The notes under the pieces were generated by a model. It searched no databases. It was given only the letters and a program-made list of their open reading frames with translations, and was not told where the DNA came from. DNA of 18,532 bases from Nitrospinota bacterium. Its GTDB lineage: Bacteria > UBA8248. The stretch spans positions 1 to 18,532 of the forward strand of contig JAYGFR010000377.1 in the NCBI GenBank assembly GCA_046581755.1, written 5' to 3'. The translations under genes were made by a program, and so were the position numbers. Shown piece after piece: positions 18,057-18,532 of the stretch. The first letter of the stretch is position 1; the number at the start of each line of letters is the position of its first letter.

Positions 18057-18275
18057 CGTCCAAATATTCCTCAGCTTGTTTTTTAAATTTTTGAATTAAC
18101 CATTTAAGTGTCTCTATTTGATCTGAGGCTGTCGCACGACGAATTTGGGTGAGTAATTTCCTTGAGGACGGCCGCTGGAGTGTCAAATTAGACGCTCCTT
18201 CATTGCAAATAGAGCAAAGAACCCGGAAATTTGATGGGTCGTCAGTGCCCCCCAAGGATTTGTCTATTATATGGC
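18049..18275 (-). pseudogene. C-terminal remnant of an HNH endonuclease, 5' part separated by IS insertion
   Basis: Frame reads HIIDKSLGGTDDPSNFRVLCSICNEG (H...N...CxxC-N HNH core) with no start of its own. Coding continuity is lost at about 18275/18276. Stop overlaps the vsr start by 8 nt. Confidence 0.8.
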
Positions 18276-18532
18276 AGTTCAGCTAGCCTTCTTCCGTGAC
18301 GATTTAACGAACTTCTCCACGGTGTCAAGCGGTCGCTTTCCCATGTTCCTGTAGCCCTGGTGGGGGCGCTCGGTGTTGTAGAACCGAAGGCATTTATCCA
18401 GGTCCTTCTGGAGCCCCTCCACCGAATCGTAGAACTTCTCCCGGAAGGCCACCCGGAAGAACTCATCGAGCAGCGTTCGGTTGAAGCGCTCCACGAAGCC
18501 GTTCGTCTGGGGGCGGCCCACCTTCGTCGTGC
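18276..18532 (-). mobile_element. IS481-family insertion sequence, right end (partial)
   Basis: GC content jumps back up, and the transposase C-terminus ends 3 nt from the point where the HNH frame breaks. Confidence 0.75.
18279..18532 (-). CDS. IS481-family DDE transposase, C-terminal part (runs off window)
   Basis: TKVGRPQTNGFVERFNRTLLDEFF...YNTERPHQGYRNMGKRP: integrase-core C-terminus typical of the IS481/IS3 superfamily. Confidence 0.9.
   Translation of the reverse strand, partial: TTKVGRPQTNGFVERFNRTLLDEFFRVAFREKFYDSVEGLQKDLDKCLRFYNTERPHQGYRNMGKRPLDTVEKFVKSSRKKAS

Noticed and set aside
18261..18275. TGT at 18261 as the IS481 terminus
   Set aside because: These bases encode the HNH motif HIID in frame, so the junction fits better at 18275/18276.

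Overview
GC-rich bacterial chromosomal window with the edges of two AT-richer accessory elements at its ends. Left: the end of an island integrated in the selenocysteine tRNA gene. Only the 3' half of tRNA-Sec (506-570) is present, followed by a terminator and preceded by arm-site-like repeats. Middle, in order: an M24 (Xaa-Pro peptidase/creatinase fold) hydrolase; a CyaC-type membrane heme/[2Fe-2S]/class III adenylate cyclase; a lipoprotein; a haloalkane dehalogenase; a GT4 glycosyltransferase; a WecA/MraY-type transferase fused to a CapD/PglF-like N-terminal module; a PleD-like REC-REC-GGDEF protein; and a putative catabolic cluster (two divergent M24 hydrolases, two tandem acyl-CoA-dehydrogenase-fold paralogs, a benzoylformate-decarboxylase-like ThDP enzyme). 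Right: vsr plus the C-terminal remnant of an HNH endonuclease interrupted by an IS481-family element. The most striking oddity is that four unrelated genes (dehalogenase, GGDEF protein, one M24, vsr) each carry a single in-frame stop (3 TAG, 1 TGA) with intact protein continuing in frame and no frameshifts. All four can be explained by one C->T change, and the three TAGs share an N-TAG-G context. Recoding, methylation-linked mutation and sequencing error cannot be separated from sequence alone.
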